Positions 62,605 through 64,000 of a stretch of DNA of 64,000 nucleotides are shown piece by piece (the stretch's first letter is position 1; every line of letters begins with the position of its first letter). The notes under the pieces were generated by a model, which was given only the letters and a program-made list of their open reading frames with translations, was not told the origin of the DNA and did no database searches. The stretch comes from a virus, in IMG/VR virus record IMGVR_UViG_3300037247_000847, positions 31,948 through 95,947 of that record; one strand, given 5' to 3'. The translations under genes were made by a program, and so were the position numbers.

Positions 62605-64000
62605 GTCTCTTCTCCTTCTTCGTTGTCTAGTCCAGCCTTCTTACTTATGAGATCCATATAATTATCACGCATCCTTATTGAGTCTACACAGAATTGACCC
62701 ATTGAATAATTCTGCGCTATCAAAACCTCCCATCCCGAACTAACATCACGAGCGTCGTCAACATATATACGAGCTAATCCTAGTTTGGCTTCCATCTTTG
62801 TTTGCCGGTACACTAGACCGACGTCTAGCGTCTGGGTTTGGGAAAAGTCCTCACCTATATCGCTCGTATCTATTTTCCCCACCTGACCCTTTCCCACGCG
62901 GTGTGATTGGGCTACTGTAGCAACAGCCATATTCCTTTCCACACCCAAACCCCGCAGGTCCTCTAATAATGCACCTAAAGCCAATCTAAAGTTATTCATG
63001 TCTATCCGCATTAGCTTAGGATAGTCTACTATTAACAAGTCAGGCACGAACTGTTCCTGAATTTCAAGTCTGTCAATATATGCTACCAGTTGATTAAACG
63101 TTAATTGTCGAGTTGGAAATGACTTAATAATGATATTGTTAAGTCGGCGTCCAAAGCGGTCTATTCGTTTACCCAGTTCCTTGCGTATCCGTTTATCATC
63201 TAGTGCTAATCTGACTTTTGCTTTTTTATAGGCAACTCTGGTAAGTCGGCCGAATTCGTCTTTCTTAAATTTGCTGCGCCGGATCTCAGTACGATGTTGA
63301 GCAATGGCAAAAAACGACTGATAATATCGTTTTAACATCCGCTCCTCATCCATCTCTAGACTTACATGTAGCACTTTGGCATCTTGCATTGCTGCGTGCT
63401 GTGCTAGTTGTACCAACCACCTTGTCTTGCCGACCTTTTTTAGACCTACTAGAATATGTAATGTCTTTCTCTTTGGACCGAGATTGTACTGGTCTAATTC
63501 TTTTATACCAGTTGGAAATACATCTTCTGAGTCGTCCCGTAGTAAAGAATTGATCGCTCGTTTCTTATCACCTAATTTAATACCAGGATCGAAAGTCTCA
63601 ACTCTATCACGTGTAGCTTGGTTGAGAATACCTTCCATTTGATCGATAGACTCATCATCCTCCATACCTGTATTGAATAGACTAAGTAACTCCCGTGTAG
63701 CTGTCTTGATACGAAAATATCTAAGACGTTTATCAAGTCGGGACATTACGTGCTCAACATTCAATTTTCCCTCGTGTGTACGTTTGATCATTTTCATCGC
63801 TCGCCCCACACGTCGGGCTTTTTTATTCTCCTTACTTAGAATGTCATCAAGTAAGTCGTCTAGGTTAGTTCTGGGTGCCTTCTTGTACTTGTCTATATAT
63901 GGGTAGACCGCACGTGCTATGTCCCCGTAGATGCCCTCAAAAGATGCTGCTGGGAGTGCATTTCGTATAATGCATGCACTATCATTGTGCATACAGAGGA
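62601..64000 (-). CDS. dnaB: DnaB-like replicative helicase (5' end outside the window)
   Basis: PTGIKELD, G.KKVGKT, HVSLEM, IVDY, VATVAQ..R. Confidence 0.85.
   Translation of the reverse strand, partial: LCMHNDSACIIRNALPAASFEGIYGDIARAVYPYIDKYKKAPRTNLDDLLDDILSKENKKARRVGRAMKMIKRTHEGKLNVEHVMSRLDKRLRYFRIKTATRELLSLFNTGMEDDESIDQMEGILNQATRDRVETFDPGIKLGDKKRAINSLLRDDSEDVFPTGIKELDQYNLGPKRKTLHILVGLKKVGKTRWLVQLAQHAAMQDAKVLHVSLEMDEERMLKRYYQSFFAIAQHRTEIRRSKFKKDEFGRLTRVAYKKAKVRLALDDKRIRKELGKRIDRFGRRLNNIIIKSFPTRQLTFNQLVAYIDRLEIQEQFVPDLLIVDYPKLMRIDMNNFRLALGALLEDLRGLGVERNMAVATVAQSHRVGKGQVGKIDTSDIGEDFSQTQTLDVGLVYRQTKMEAKLGLARIYVDDARDVSSGWEVLIAQNYSMGQFCVDSIRMRDNYMDLISKKAGLDNEEGEET

Noticed and set aside
1-64000. 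Stop-codon reassignment
   Set aside because: Genes are full length and tightly packed under the standard code, with all three stop codons in use

Overview
The whole window is a segment of a large tailed dsDNA bacteriophage genome, truncated at both ends; no host genes, rRNA, tRNA or CRISPR array were seen. The + arm (1-31159) is a podovirus-type virion module in BPP-1/epsilon15/T7-like order: portal, Bbp19-like protein, scaffold, major capsid, cement, tail tube A and B, fibre, internal virion proteins. A ~13 kb glycan-biosynthesis island sits between the capsid and tail genes. It encodes a HddA heptose kinase, a nucleotidyltransferase, a DmhA-type 4,6-dehydratase, a ColD-type 3-dehydratase, a split ThDP E1 alpha/beta pair, two B12 radical SAM enzymes and about 6 glycosyltransferase-like ORFs. 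The - arm (31347-64000) is a replication/recombination module: DnaB, SNF2 helicase, primase, UDG-fused PolA, clamp and clamp loader, gp32-like SSB, RecA, RuvC, SbcCD, NrdJ, dCTP deaminase and HU. It contains a thymidine-hypermodification cluster (thymidylate-synthase-family hydroxymethylase, 5hmdU DNA kinase, amino acid:DNA transferase, P-loop kinase) that unusually also carries a sulfotransferase and a radical SAM gene. Non-coding highlights are five dispersed copies of a ~100 bp structured repeat with compensatory changes, an SD-sequestering capsid leader, and two small ORFs that duplicate the 3' end of their upstream neighbour. All functional calls are motif recognition by eye; no database searches were run.
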